Of a DNA stretch of 64,000 nucleotides, positions 1-8,645 are shown piece by piece (the first letter of the stretch is position 1; each line of letters begins with the position of its first letter). The translations under genes and the position numbers were made by a program. The stretch spans positions 15,437 to 79,436 of the forward strand of contig JAIFVX010000001.1 in the NCBI GenBank assembly GCA_019659125.1. The letters are read 5' to 3'. The stretch is from Candidatus Pacearchaeota archaeon. GTDB lineage: Archaea > Nanobdellota > Nanobdellia > Pacearchaeales > GW2011-AR1. The notes beneath the pieces were generated by a model that ran no database searches, was not told where the DNA came from, and worked only from the letters and a program-made list of their open reading frames with translations.

Positions 1-103
1 AAAGCTCACTCCAGGTCTGTATGATCTCCTGCGTAACCGAGCTGTCACTAAATTTTAACAGTGCTGGTACGTTTCTATAAGGGTCAGAAATGGAATGGTC
101 CAT
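1..103 (-). CDS. Hypothetical protein, 5' part only (runs off window)
   Basis: ATG at 103 opens MDHSISDPYRNVPALLKFSDSSVTQEIIQTWSEL with no stop before the window edge; not recognised as uS10. Confidence 0.4.
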   Translation of the reverse strand, partial: MDHSISDPYRNVPALLKFSDSSVTQEIIQTWSEL

Positions 104-152
104 AGTAAGAGTATAGATATGTAAAAAAAGAAGTCAAGGAACTATAAAGAGT

Positions 153-1430
153 TTACTTCTTCTCTTTGATCTCAATGCAGACACCAGCACCAACAGTAGC
201 TCCAGCGTCTCGGATTGCGAATCGAGCCATGTGAGGGTTCTTTGCCTGTGTTTCTAAGACAAGGTTTCCGATAGGCTTAACTCGAACTTTAGCAAGGTCT
301 CCATTCTTCAAGAAGTCTGGATTCTTTGAACTCTGTCCGTCAGGGCTTGTCTTTTCAATCAATTCGATGAACTGGCATGGGACCTGAGCAGTGTGCAAGT
401 GGAATACAGGTGTGTAACCCTTTGCAATAACAGTAGGATGTGAAATAACTGCAATCTGAGCAACGAACTCTTCAACAATCGGGATAGGGAATGCTGCGTC
501 GCAGACAACGTCTCCTCGTGCAACATCCTTCTTTCCAATACCTCTGATGTTGACTCCAACGTTGTCTCCAGCTTCTGCAGAAGGCAACTGTTCATGATGC
601 ATTTCAACTGATCGTATCTCTCCCTCTACTCCCTTTCCAGTTCGTCCAGGTAAGATTATGACTTTCTGTCCGACCTTGATTATTCCTGTTTCAACCTTTC
701 CAACGGGAACGGTTCCAATACCGGTAATTTCATAGACATCCTGTAATGGCATTCGAAGAGGAAGGTTTGTTGGCTTCTCAGGCTGCTTGAACAAGTCAAG
801 TTGTTCCATGATAGTAGGACCCTTGTACCATGGCATGTTAGCAGATTTCTTGACAACGTTATCTCCCTTGAATCCTGAAACTGCCAAGAAGGTGATTTCA
901 TCAGGCTTGTATCCTGCTTGCTTCAAAAGAGTAGAAACCTCTGCCTTGACCTTATTGAATGCATCTTCCTTGTAGTCGACAGCGTCCATCTTGTTTGCGA
1001 TGACTGCAATCTGTCCTACTCCCATAGTCCTCAAAAGCCATACATGCTCTTTTGTCTGTGGTTGAACTCCATCTTTTGCAGATACGGTCAAGAATGCTGC
1101 ATCAGACTGTGAAGCTCCAGTGATCATGTTCTTAATGAAGTCCTTGTGTCCAGGAGCGTCAATGATGGTAACTTCATACTTGTTGGTTATCAATTTTTCA
1201 TAAGAAAGGTCGATAGTGACTCCTCGTTCTCTCTCTTCCTTAAACTTGTCCATAACGAATGCGAATTCGAATCCTACTTTTCCATGCTTCTGTGCTTCTG
1301 CCTTAAGCTTGTCAAGTTCCTGTTGAGAAAGCTTTCCAGAATCGAACATAAGTCTACCTATTGTCGTCGATTTTCCGTGGTCTACGTGACCTACAAATGC
1401 AACGTTAATTGTTGGTTTTTGCTTTGCCAT
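153..1430 (-). CDS. tuf: Translation elongation factor EF-1alpha
   Basis: GHVDHGKS, RERGVTID, DAPGH, NKMD motifs; archaeal-type sequence. Confidence 0.98.
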   Translation of the reverse strand: MAKQKPTINVAFVGHVDHGKSTTIGRLMFDSGKLSQQELDKLKAEAQKHGKVGFEFAFVMDKFKEERERGVTIDLSYEKLITNKYEVTIIDAPGHKDFIKNMITGASQSDAAFLTVSAKDGVQPQTKEHVWLLRTMGVGQIAVIANKMDAVDYKEDAFNKVKAEVSTLLKQAGYKPDEITFLAVSGFKGDNVVKKSANMPWYKGPTIMEQLDLFKQPEKPTNLPLRMPLQDVYEITGIGTVPVGKVETGIIKVGQKVIILPGRTGKGVEGEIRSVEMHHEQLPSAEAGDNVGVNIRGIGKKDVARGDVVCDAAFPIPIVEEFVAQIAVISHPTVIAKGYTPVFHLHTAQVPCQFIELIEKTSPDGQSSKNPDFLKNGDLAKVRVKPIGNLVLETQAKNPHMARFAIRDAGATVGAGVCIEIKEKK

Positions 1431-1528
1431 GTGATTGTATCTTTCTCTAATTTTGAGGGTATTTAAACTTTTCTTTCACAGGAAAGAAAACTGTACAAAG
1501 GTTATTTTGTTATTACTCTAGGGTAACA

Positions 1529-1536
1529 TTTAAATA
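1529..1536 (+). promoter_or_regulatory. TATA box of a probably leaderless 3-gene unit (1559-3608)
   Basis: TTTAAATA 22 nt before ATG 1559. Confidence 0.55.
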
Positions 1537-1558
1537 GCCGTTATTTCAGCCTTTTATT

Positions 1559-1822
1559 ATGAAAGACAGAGAAACAATTTACTTCGATGCAGAATCAGTA
1601 CGTGAAGCAAGCGATGCACTTAGTTATGACCTTTCACAGTTATCTAATGAAGGATTACTTACCTATATAGACAGACTTCAGGATAGGCAGGAAACGATTG
1701 TATTAAGAGGAATAAATTCCGGCGCAACCAGAGAAGATCATACTCTTTTAAGAATGTATGACCTAGCAATACAGAGAGCACATGATGATTTCGAAGGAAG
1801 AGGCAGGAGAAAAGCCGCTTAG
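1559..1822 (+). CDS. Small helical hypothetical protein (paralog of next gene)
   Basis: 87-aa ORF after TATA box; YDLSQLSNEGLLTYIDRL resembles the next ORF. Confidence 0.7.
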   Translation: MKDRETIYFDAESVREASDALSYDLSQLSNEGLLTYIDRLQDRQETIVLRGINSGATREDHTLLRMYDLAIQRAHDDFEGRGRRKAA

Positions 1823-1828
1823 AGTACG

Positions 1829-2050
1829 ATGAAAATGCACTATTCTTTGTTTGCCTCGCAAGTAAGGGATTATGATCCATCTCCACTGTCAAAAAAAGAA
1901 CTGATACGTCATATTGTAAGACTAAGCAGATCTACTCAGGAGCTCGAGATGAATCGAGGTACATGCCCGGAAATTGAGTTGTGTCTTCGGGCAGTCAAGT
2001 ATGCTTCAAAAAGAGCGTATCAAGAGGCTATGCGAAAGTACTCTGCATAA
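1829..2050 (+). CDS. Small helical hypothetical protein (paralog of previous gene)
   Basis: 73-aa ORF, 6 nt after the previous stop; YDPSPLSKKELIRHIVRL. Confidence 0.65.
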   Translation: MKMHYSLFASQVRDYDPSPLSKKELIRHIVRLSRSTQELEMNRGTCPEIELCLRAVKYASKRAYQEAMRKYSA

Positions 2051-2054
2051 TCCT

Positions 2055-3608
2055 ATGGCTGAAAAACACTATGACGCTGACTGGGCAAAAGCAAAATCAC
2101 GTGGCTTAGTTAAAGATATGATTCAGAAGACTATTCTTACATTTAGAAGACCACAGGATCTTAAAGTTCTTTGTTTACCGGGAAGAGATGCAGCAGAGGT
2201 CTACGAAGTTTACGATCCATTAGGTATCTCGCGATATAATATCATTGGTCTAGAGCGAGATCGAAGTATTGCAGAAGAGATTGAAGGAAAGGGATTAGGT
2301 ATCAAAGTAATAAATAAAAGCCTGGAAGAGTATGTAGATAAAAATCATATTTCTTGCCTCGATGTAGTAAGCCTCGATTTTACTGGATATTTACAGAGCT
2401 CCCAGTTAGATGCCCTAAGAAAAATATGTAAAAAATATGCCAATACTAATTGGATACTTCATTGGGCAAATTCCATTAAAAGAGATGGGGCTAGTAATAA
2501 TCTGTACGTACGAGGAGCAGCAAATGATTTTGAAACGGCTGTAAGTAAGTTGAGTGACTTTATAAATAAAGAAAACTCACCAGACAATTCCATAGCGATG
2601 TCTACCGCTAATGTAATGGAAGAGTTTCAAAAAAAGATTTCCAATGGAGAGCTCAGTAAAGATGAAAAAGCTCTTTCAGCTCTCACCTTAGTTAGAGCGA
2701 CGACAGGAGGAGAGTATCTTGATGGGATAGGAAAAATTTTCAAATTCTGTACGGGAAATAAATATGAAGGATATATACAACAGTTGGAGCAGGAAATGGG
2801 GAGGGAGATAGATAGGGAAAACCCCTATAAGTCTATAGGCTATCATCCAATAGTTCGCGACATGTTAGATGAGATTTCATTGACTAGCATTAAGCAAGCT
2901 GCTAAGGAAAATAAGATAGATCCTTTGTTTATATCAACTATCTGGAGTGCATTAGAGCATGCGGCAAGTGAAACTAAGGGGTTTGTGCCGAAAGATACGG
3001 TTACATATTCATATATTTCAGAGTCAGGCAATCCAATGGTTGGAAATGTAAGCTTTCTTTCTCACAACTGGAGATATGATAAAGCCGCAAAAGAGCTTGC
3101 CAGAGCTATAGGATTTCCGAATAAGATGAATTTAAAGGAGGACTATCAATTTTTAATGGCTTGTAAGAAGGCTTCAGATGCGATGCATTCTGAAGGGCGT
3201 TCTCCAGAGGACATAAAGAACATGATGAAAAAAGAGAAGGAAATAGTCTTTCTGGGAAGTTCATCTCGTCCAGTTCTTTCAAAGCAAAGATTTGTAGAGG
3301 AGCTCGAGAATGGGATGTCACTTGATCAGATAAAAGAAAAATACAGAGGATGGGAGAACAAGCCTCTCCCCCAATGGAAAGCTCACGTCACGATGGGAAG
3401 CTACAAGTCAAAAGACTTAGTTGAAGAAGCGGATGAAGATAGTGATCTAGAGAAGATCACAAAAGAGCAGGCAGTGGATTTATTATCTTCAGGTATACCT
3501 GCCGAAGAGATCCATGCAGCATACCCTACATCATTTAGCACTCAGCAATTGCGTGCATATAAAGCCCATGTAACCATGGGCACATATAAAAACGGAAAAG
3601 AAGAATAA
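2055..3608 (+). CDS. Putative class I SAM-dependent methyltransferase-like protein with a duplicated C-terminal KAHVTMG domain
   Basis: Start at ATG 2055 (MAEKHY); Rossmann MTase-like motifs VLCLPG, IIGLERD, LDVVSLDFTG; two C-terminal repeats ending KAHVTMG(S/T)YK. Confidence 0.6.
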   Translation: MAEKHYDADWAKAKSRGLVKDMIQKTILTFRRPQDLKVLCLPGRDAAEVYEVYDPLGISRYNIIGLERDRSIAEEIEGKGLGIKVINKSLEEYVDKNHISCLDVVSLDFTGYLQSSQLDALRKICKKYANTNWILHWANSIKRDGASNNLYVRGAANDFETAVSKLSDFINKENSPDNSIAMSTANVMEEFQKKISNGELSKDEKALSALTLVRATTGGEYLDGIGKIFKFCTGNKYEGYIQQLEQEMGREIDRENPYKSIGYHPIVRDMLDEISLTSIKQAAKENKIDPLFISTIWSALEHAASETKGFVPKDTVTYSYISESGNPMVGNVSFLSHNWRYDKAAKELARAIGFPNKMNLKEDYQFLMACKKASDAMHSEGRSPEDIKNMMKKEKEIVFLGSSSRPVLSKQRFVEELENGMSLDQIKEKYRGWENKPLPQWKAHVTMGSYKSKDLVEEADEDSDLEKITKEQAVDLLSSGIPAEEIHAAYPTSFSTQQLRAYKAHVTMGTYKNGKEE

Positions 3609-5798
3609 TTACTGGTTCTCAGCCAAGCCCTTTCTACTTCTGATCTTTCTAATGACCTCTGCTTGCAATTCTGTTGGAAGCTTCTGGAAGTTCTGATCCA
3701 TAAGGGATGAGACTCCTCTACCTTCAGTCGAGCCTCGCAAGTCATTGCTCCATCCGATCATTTCAGCTACAGGAATCTTTGCCTTGATGAGCGTGTCAAT
3801 ACCTTCCTGCGTTACATCAAGGAGAACTCCTCGCTTACCACCGACAAGCTGTGTTACAGTCCCCATGAAGTCAACGGGAGCTTCAATCAAATGTGTTTGG
3901 ATAGGCTCGAGAATAGTTGCTCCACCCTTTCTCATGGCATCAAACATTCCAAGTCGAACAGCTGGATAGATCTGTGCCGGTCCTCTATGCATGTGGTCCA
4001 CGTGAAGCTTCGCATCATGCAATACAAACTTGGTCTTCATCATAGGTTCTTTTGCCAGAGGTCCACCATCTACAACAAGCTTCCATCCATCCATGATAGA
4101 ATCAATGACTTCAGGAAGTAAGACTAATCCTCTGGTTCTGTCTTCAAAGACATTTCCTTTGTACAGTTCCCGATATGATCGCGCTTCATCGTTTGGAATT
4201 CCCAGTTCGTTCAGCTTCTTCCATACATCCTCAGCTCTTTTCTTCAGTCGAGCCTCTGGAAGCTCTCCTTTTTCCATAGCTGCATAAACATCATCTTCTA
4301 AGGGAGCCATGCTCAAATAGAATATGTTATGTCCATTGGGAGTCCTGACTTCAACTTCAGGGCTTTCTCGCGCGATTGACTCTCTATAAACAACAATAGG
4401 AGGCCCTGTCTTAACGTCAAGACCTTTCTCATTCTTGATTCTTCCCTCTATGATTTCCAAGTGCAGTTCACCCATTCCAGAAAGCAAGTTTTCTCCTGTT
4501 TCCTCATTGATTTCAATCTTGATGCTTGGATCCTCTTTTCCTACTCTTCGCAGAACTTCAATTAACTTTGGAAGGTCTGCTGACTTGGTAACTTCAATAG
4601 ACTTGGTAATGACTGGCTGGAAGATATGTTTAATTTCTTCAAACGGTGTCTGCTCATTAAGTGTGATAGTCTCTCCAACATCCACATTGAGGCCTACAAG
4701 AGCAAGAACATTTCCGGCAGGTACTCTCTCAAGCTGTTCTGGCTTAATTCCATTGTAAACGAGAACTTGCTGGATTCGTGTTTTCTTCTTGGCGTTGTTG
4801 GCATATACTTCCATACCATTGACAAGAGTTCCAGAGTAGAGTCGTCCTGCAGCTATTTCTTTTCCTGATCGCTTATCAATGATGATATTGGTGATAACGA
4901 ATGCTATCTCTCCCTTTGGATCACACTGTATTAAACTTTTTCCCAAGGTACTGTCTATATCTCCCTTCCAAATTTTAGGAATTCTATATTTCTGAGCTTC
5001 TAAGGGATTAGGAAGATGTTTTACAGCCATATCAAGAATAACTTCATTAAGAGGAGCATTCTCCCATACCCACTTCTTCCTTTCCTGATCTTCCATCTCA
5101 TATATCTTGTAAATATCTTTAAAGCTAACATTCTTTTTCTTCATGAATGGCAAAGAAAGTGCCCAGTTTTCCTTTGCAGATCCAAAAGCAACGCTTCCAT
5201 CCATAACATTGACTTTCCACTTTTCCTTATACTCTGGTTCTGCGATCTGCATAAGAAGATTATTGAAATCATTAATTAGCTTCATGAATCTTTCCTGCAT
5301 CTGCTCAGGTGTTACTTTCAATTCCTTGATCAATCGATCAACCTTGTTAATGAATAATACAGGTTTCACTCTTTCTCGCAATGCCTGCTTCAAGACTGTT
5401 TCAGTCTGCGGCATGATACCCTCTACAGCGCAGATAAGGACGAAAGTGCCATCAATGGCTCGCATAGCCCGTGTAACGTTTCCTCCAAAGTCAACGTGTC
5501 CTGGAGTGTCGATGAGATTGATAAGATATTCCTGGCCTTGGAATTCGTGAGCCATAGAGACGTTTGCAGCGTCAACAGTCATTAATCGTTCTTGTTCATC
5601 AGCGTGCTGCCAGGTAGTCATTCCTTCATCGAGATTTCCAGCATTTTTAGCAGCCATCAATCCAGCTGCAGCTAACAAATTGTCAGTAAATGCAGTCTTT
5701 CCGTGGTGGATGTGCGCGCTTGTCGCTACATTACGGATTGTCTCTTGCTTCGACGTCAATCGCTTGATCTTCTCTAAACTTGTTTCTTTCTCTACCAT
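3609..5798 (-). CDS. fusA: Translation elongation factor EF-2
   Basis: DTPGHVDFGG, NKVD, GMGELHLE, diphthamide loop HRGPAQ; variant P-loop AHIHHGKT. Confidence 0.97.
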   Translation of the reverse strand: MVEKETSLEKIKRLTSKQETIRNVATSAHIHHGKTAFTDNLLAAAGLMAAKNAGNLDEGMTTWQHADEQERLMTVDAANVSMAHEFQGQEYLINLIDTPGHVDFGGNVTRAMRAIDGTFVLICAVEGIMPQTETVLKQALRERVKPVLFINKVDRLIKELKVTPEQMQERFMKLINDFNNLLMQIAEPEYKEKWKVNVMDGSVAFGSAKENWALSLPFMKKKNVSFKDIYKIYEMEDQERKKWVWENAPLNEVILDMAVKHLPNPLEAQKYRIPKIWKGDIDSTLGKSLIQCDPKGEIAFVITNIIIDKRSGKEIAAGRLYSGTLVNGMEVYANNAKKKTRIQQVLVYNGIKPEQLERVPAGNVLALVGLNVDVGETITLNEQTPFEEIKHIFQPVITKSIEVTKSADLPKLIEVLRRVGKEDPSIKIEINEETGENLLSGMGELHLEIIEGRIKNEKGLDVKTGPPIVVYRESIARESPEVEVRTPNGHNIFYLSMAPLEDDVYAAMEKGELPEARLKKRAEDVWKKLNELGIPNDEARSYRELYKGNVFEDRTRGLVLLPEVIDSIMDGWKLVVDGGPLAKEPMMKTKFVLHDAKLHVDHMHRGPAQIYPAVRLGMFDAMRKGGATILEPIQTHLIEAPVDFMGTVTQLVGGKRGVLLDVTQEGIDTLIKAKIPVAEMIGWSNDLRGSTEGRGVSSLMDQNFQKLPTELQAEVIRKIRSRKGLAENQ

Positions 5799-5838
5799 GT
5801 TAGAATAAAGGGTGGTACAAAAAAAGGTTTTTAAACCT

Positions 5839-6159
5839 TTACTCGGAGGTTTCTTTCTCGAGCCTACTGAATTCTTCTACCCAATCATTAAAAAGGTGTC
5901 TTTCGCCATGAGCAAACAAGGATTGATACTCTTCACTTCCCATGATCTTTGCCTGTATGCGTAATTCAACGGTGTTTATCCGTACACAAAGGGAGTTATA
6001 TATGCGTGAGTGGTTATGGTTTTTATCCCTATAATCGCTTGTGTAGTCCCGAAGAACTTGTATTTTTTCTCGAGCATGCTCTCGCAGATCGACAACAATC
6101 GGTTCTTCAACCATCTCTTCATCCGGCTCAGCGTAGACTTCCATCTTATTCCTCGTCAA
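5839..6159 (-). CDS. Hypothetical protein
   Basis: 106-aa ORF co-oriented within the str locus; true start may be the second Met (MEVYAE). Confidence 0.6.
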   Translation of the reverse strand: MTRNKMEVYAEPDEEMVEEPIVVDLREHAREKIQVLRDYTSDYRDKNHNHSRIYNSLCVRINTVELRIQAKIMGSEEYQSLFAHGERHLFNDWVEEFSRLEKETSE

Positions 6160-6212
6160 AACAGAGAATTAAGATTATAAATATTATGGCGATGGATTAT
6201 TTTAAAGAACTA

Positions 6213-6788
6213 TTAATCTCCACTATTACTGTCATTCCAAAAATCTTTAAATCCTGCCCACGCCCTTGACAAAAGTCCTTTCTTTTCTCGAGGAGTCTCT
6301 TCCTTTTTAACACCACATGTGGAACAGTAATTACCATCTCTGAATTGGTGAGTGCACTTAAAGCCACCCGAGTTTCTTACTGAGGGATATGAATTATATA
6401 CGTTATCTACAGATTGAGTCTTAGTGCTTTGCATATGAGCGTGTTTTTCCGATAATGCCTTATAGACAACGTTAGATAGTGCGATCGAACCGGATTTTCC
6501 ATCTGCAAGAGCTTCCAAAGCTGAAATTGCTTCCGATACCGATATATTGGACAGTTTTATCCCATCAACTATTTTTCTCGTAGCTGTATAAAGACTTTCA
6601 ACATACTCTCGTTCTGGAGACTGCTCATCAACGCTTGTAATAAGCTGGATACCTGCATCCAAGGAAATGTTTGCGTTACGAAACAGTTCACTTGTTTGTG
6701 TTGAATAAGATACAAGTTTATCAAGAGTTTCCTTATAGTAAGCTCGTTCACTATAGGTTTCTACCAACTGCGTAATATCCTCTATCAT
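6213..6788 (-). CDS. Hypothetical protein with C-terminal Zn-ribbon-like motif
   Basis: 191-aa ORF with its own TATA; CTH...YCSTCG near the C-terminus. Confidence 0.7.
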   Translation of the reverse strand: MIEDITQLVETYSERAYYKETLDKLVSYSTQTSELFRNANISLDAGIQLITSVDEQSPEREYVESLYTATRKIVDGIKLSNISVSEAISALEALADGKSGSIALSNVVYKALSEKHAHMQSTKTQSVDNVYNSYPSVRNSGGFKCTHQFRDGNYCSTCGVKKEETPREKKGLLSRAWAGFKDFWNDSNSGD

Positions 6789-6819
6789 GCATAAAGTACC
6801 AAGAGGACTATATTTAAAG

Positions 6820-7437
6820 TTATCGTGCAGAATCGGCCTGTTTTTCAGCTTCGTTCTTCTTATTCATGGCATAGCTTTCCATATTTCCCTGTGCAGCAAG
6901 CATGATCTCATTTGCCAGCGTTTCCGCCATATGCTTTTTCTTGCCAAATGATTTAGCGTACGCTCCAATGACCATCCATCGCAATGCCATATCAATCCTT
7001 CGTACAGGGCTCGTATCAACAGCTTGAGGGTATCGTGCACCGGCATGCTCAATGACAGTGATCTCATCTCGAGGAGATGCATGCTCAATGGCGTCAATGA
7101 AGACCTGGATAGGGTTCCTCTTCATTTTTTGCTCTATCATCTCAAGTGCCTTAAGCACGGTGGCCATGTTCTTGTTGTATTTTCCAGAGCTCCAGCTTGT
7201 GATAATCTTATGCTTCTTTCCTACATGTCCTGGAACAGCAAGCCTGTTGGCAAGTCGTTCAATAATGTTCATCTTGGTCTTTGCGAATCGCTCTTGCGCT
7301 CGTCCATGGGTCTTCAAAAGAAGTCGAGGTGTAAGATTGAAATAGGGCTTCAATGCAGGGTCTTTTATCTGCACTTCAACAAGCGAGTACTTGTCGAATG
7401 CCTTGAACTCGTGCTCTTGAGGTGTTGCTGTGGTCAT
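6820..7437 (-). CDS. rps7: 30S ribosomal protein uS7
   Basis: NIIERLANRL, NPIQVFIDAIEHASPRDE, YPQAVDTSPVRRID. Confidence 0.97.
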   Translation of the reverse strand: MTTATPQEHEFKAFDKYSLVEVQIKDPALKPYFNLTPRLLLKTHGRAQERFAKTKMNIIERLANRLAVPGHVGKKHKIITSWSSGKYNKNMATVLKALEMIEQKMKRNPIQVFIDAIEHASPRDEITVIEHAGARYPQAVDTSPVRRIDMALRWMVIGAYAKSFGKKKHMAETLANEIMLAAQGNMESYAMNKKNEAEKQADSAR

Positions 7438-7694
7438 GTTAATGATTCAAGACCTCCCTTTTTTCTGTTTTCAATCTCAGTGTATATTTCTCTTCCTTTT
7501 ACCGTAGCTTTTACATCGTACATTCTAGTCCCTTTTTCTTTTTCATGTACATTTACTAAACCCATTTTTTGAAGCTGAAGTGCAACATCGTAAGAATCTC
7601 TTGTCTTTTCAGAGAGAGTAATACCAAAGTGTTCCGAAGTAGATAGATACAGAATTGTTTCTTGAGGATGCGATAGTCTTATCTCTTCTGCCAT
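7434..7694 (-). CDS. Small hypothetical, winged-helix-like protein between rps12 and rps7
   Basis: Overlaps both neighbours (TAATG and ATGA junctions); LQKMGLV...ATVKGREIY is a wHTH-like pattern. Confidence 0.65.
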   Translation of the reverse strand: MAEEIRLSHPQETILYLSTSEHFGITLSEKTRDSYDVALQLQKMGLVNVHEKEKGTRMYDVKATVKGREIYTEIENRKKGGLESLT

Positions 7695-8116
7695 TATCTT
7701 CTACCCTTCTCTATCTTGCCCTTTACCAGTCTTCGGAGAGGCTGATCATTTACTTTGATAACTTGATATCTGATTCCAGGAATATCTCCCTTCGTGCTTC
7801 CCATGGCCCCGCCAATTCGTTCAATGACAACTTCATCGTGTTCATCAATGAATCTTTGTGCTAAGTTTCCAGGGATGAATGCTCCAACTTGGATACCATT
7901 CTTTATCAATTGTACTTTGCAGCATTTTCTCATCGCTGAGTTAGGCTGCTTCGCTTCTTTTTCAAATTTCGAGATGACGATTCCTTTTGCTTGGGATGAT
8001 CGTCCTATAGGGTCTGATTTCACGTTCAATCGAAGTGTCCGTTCTTTATACTGCCTCTGGCTCCATCTAAATTTTCTTCGGTTTTTCATCAATTTTCGAG
8101 CATTCATTAAACCCAT
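7694..8116 (-). CDS. rps12: 30S ribosomal protein uS12
   Basis: [20 protein letters not shown]. Confidence 0.98.
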   Translation of the reverse strand: MGLMNARKLMKNRRKFRWSQRQYKERTLRLNVKSDPIGRSSQAKGIVISKFEKEAKQPNSAMRKCCKVQLIKNGIQVGAFIPGNLAQRFIDEHDEVVIERIGGAMGSTKGDIPGIRYQVIKVNDQPLRRLVKGKIEKGRR

Positions 8117-8156
8117 AAAAGGAGGTAAGAAGTATGGTTTTTAAATCTTCTTGATA

Positions 8157-8573
8157 CTAGAGAATTCGTAAGCCCATGCCAAACATTTCCTGGAGAAGCT
8201 TTTTCAGCTCGTCAAATCGTCGTTTGTTTCGTCCAATAAGGGCTGCTTTTGATTGGGTATTGCCAGCATTGATAATAAATTCACCATCCTTCATCTCCAG
8301 TGACTTAAATTTTACGGGAGAAACAACGTCTTCAATAAATCGTGCGGCCTCTGCATGCCCTTCTGCTTCCTGCACAATTCGTATTCTTTTTCCAAGCTTG
8401 TCTTGTAATGCGCGAATGTTTGAGGCATCAGGGCCTATCGCCTTGGACATCATATGTTTTGGCACTGCAAAATAAATAGTGTTGTTGTAAATGAAACAAT
8501 GTCTCGTCTTGACATTTGAAGCTCTGTCTAAGAGGTTTATGTATCGCATAATGTGCATATCTATTACTGACAT
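8157..8573 (-). CDS. nusA: Archaeal NusA (KH domains)
   Basis: KAIGPDASNIRAL and ALIGRNK KH motifs; located between rpoA and rps12. Confidence 0.9.
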   Translation of the reverse strand: MSVIDMHIMRYINLLDRASNVKTRHCFIYNNTIYFAVPKHMMSKAIGPDASNIRALQDKLGKRIRIVQEAEGHAEAARFIEDVVSPVKFKSLEMKDGEFIINAGNTQSKAALIGRNKRRFDELKKLLQEMFGMGLRIL

Positions 8574-8645
8574 AGTATGAACAGAGAATGAATGTGTTTC
8601 ACCATCGTATAATCTTCACTCTCAGACAGAGTTTATAAATTTATC

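Noticed and set aside
3975-4010. Loss of the EF-2 diphthamide site
   Set aside because: The target His in HRGPAQ is retained; only the preceding residues vary (LHVDHMH)
8117-8127. AAAAGGAGGTA perfect SD-like sequence beside the rps12 start
   Set aside because: On the strand opposite rps12, within its promoter, and no credible + strand ORF follows
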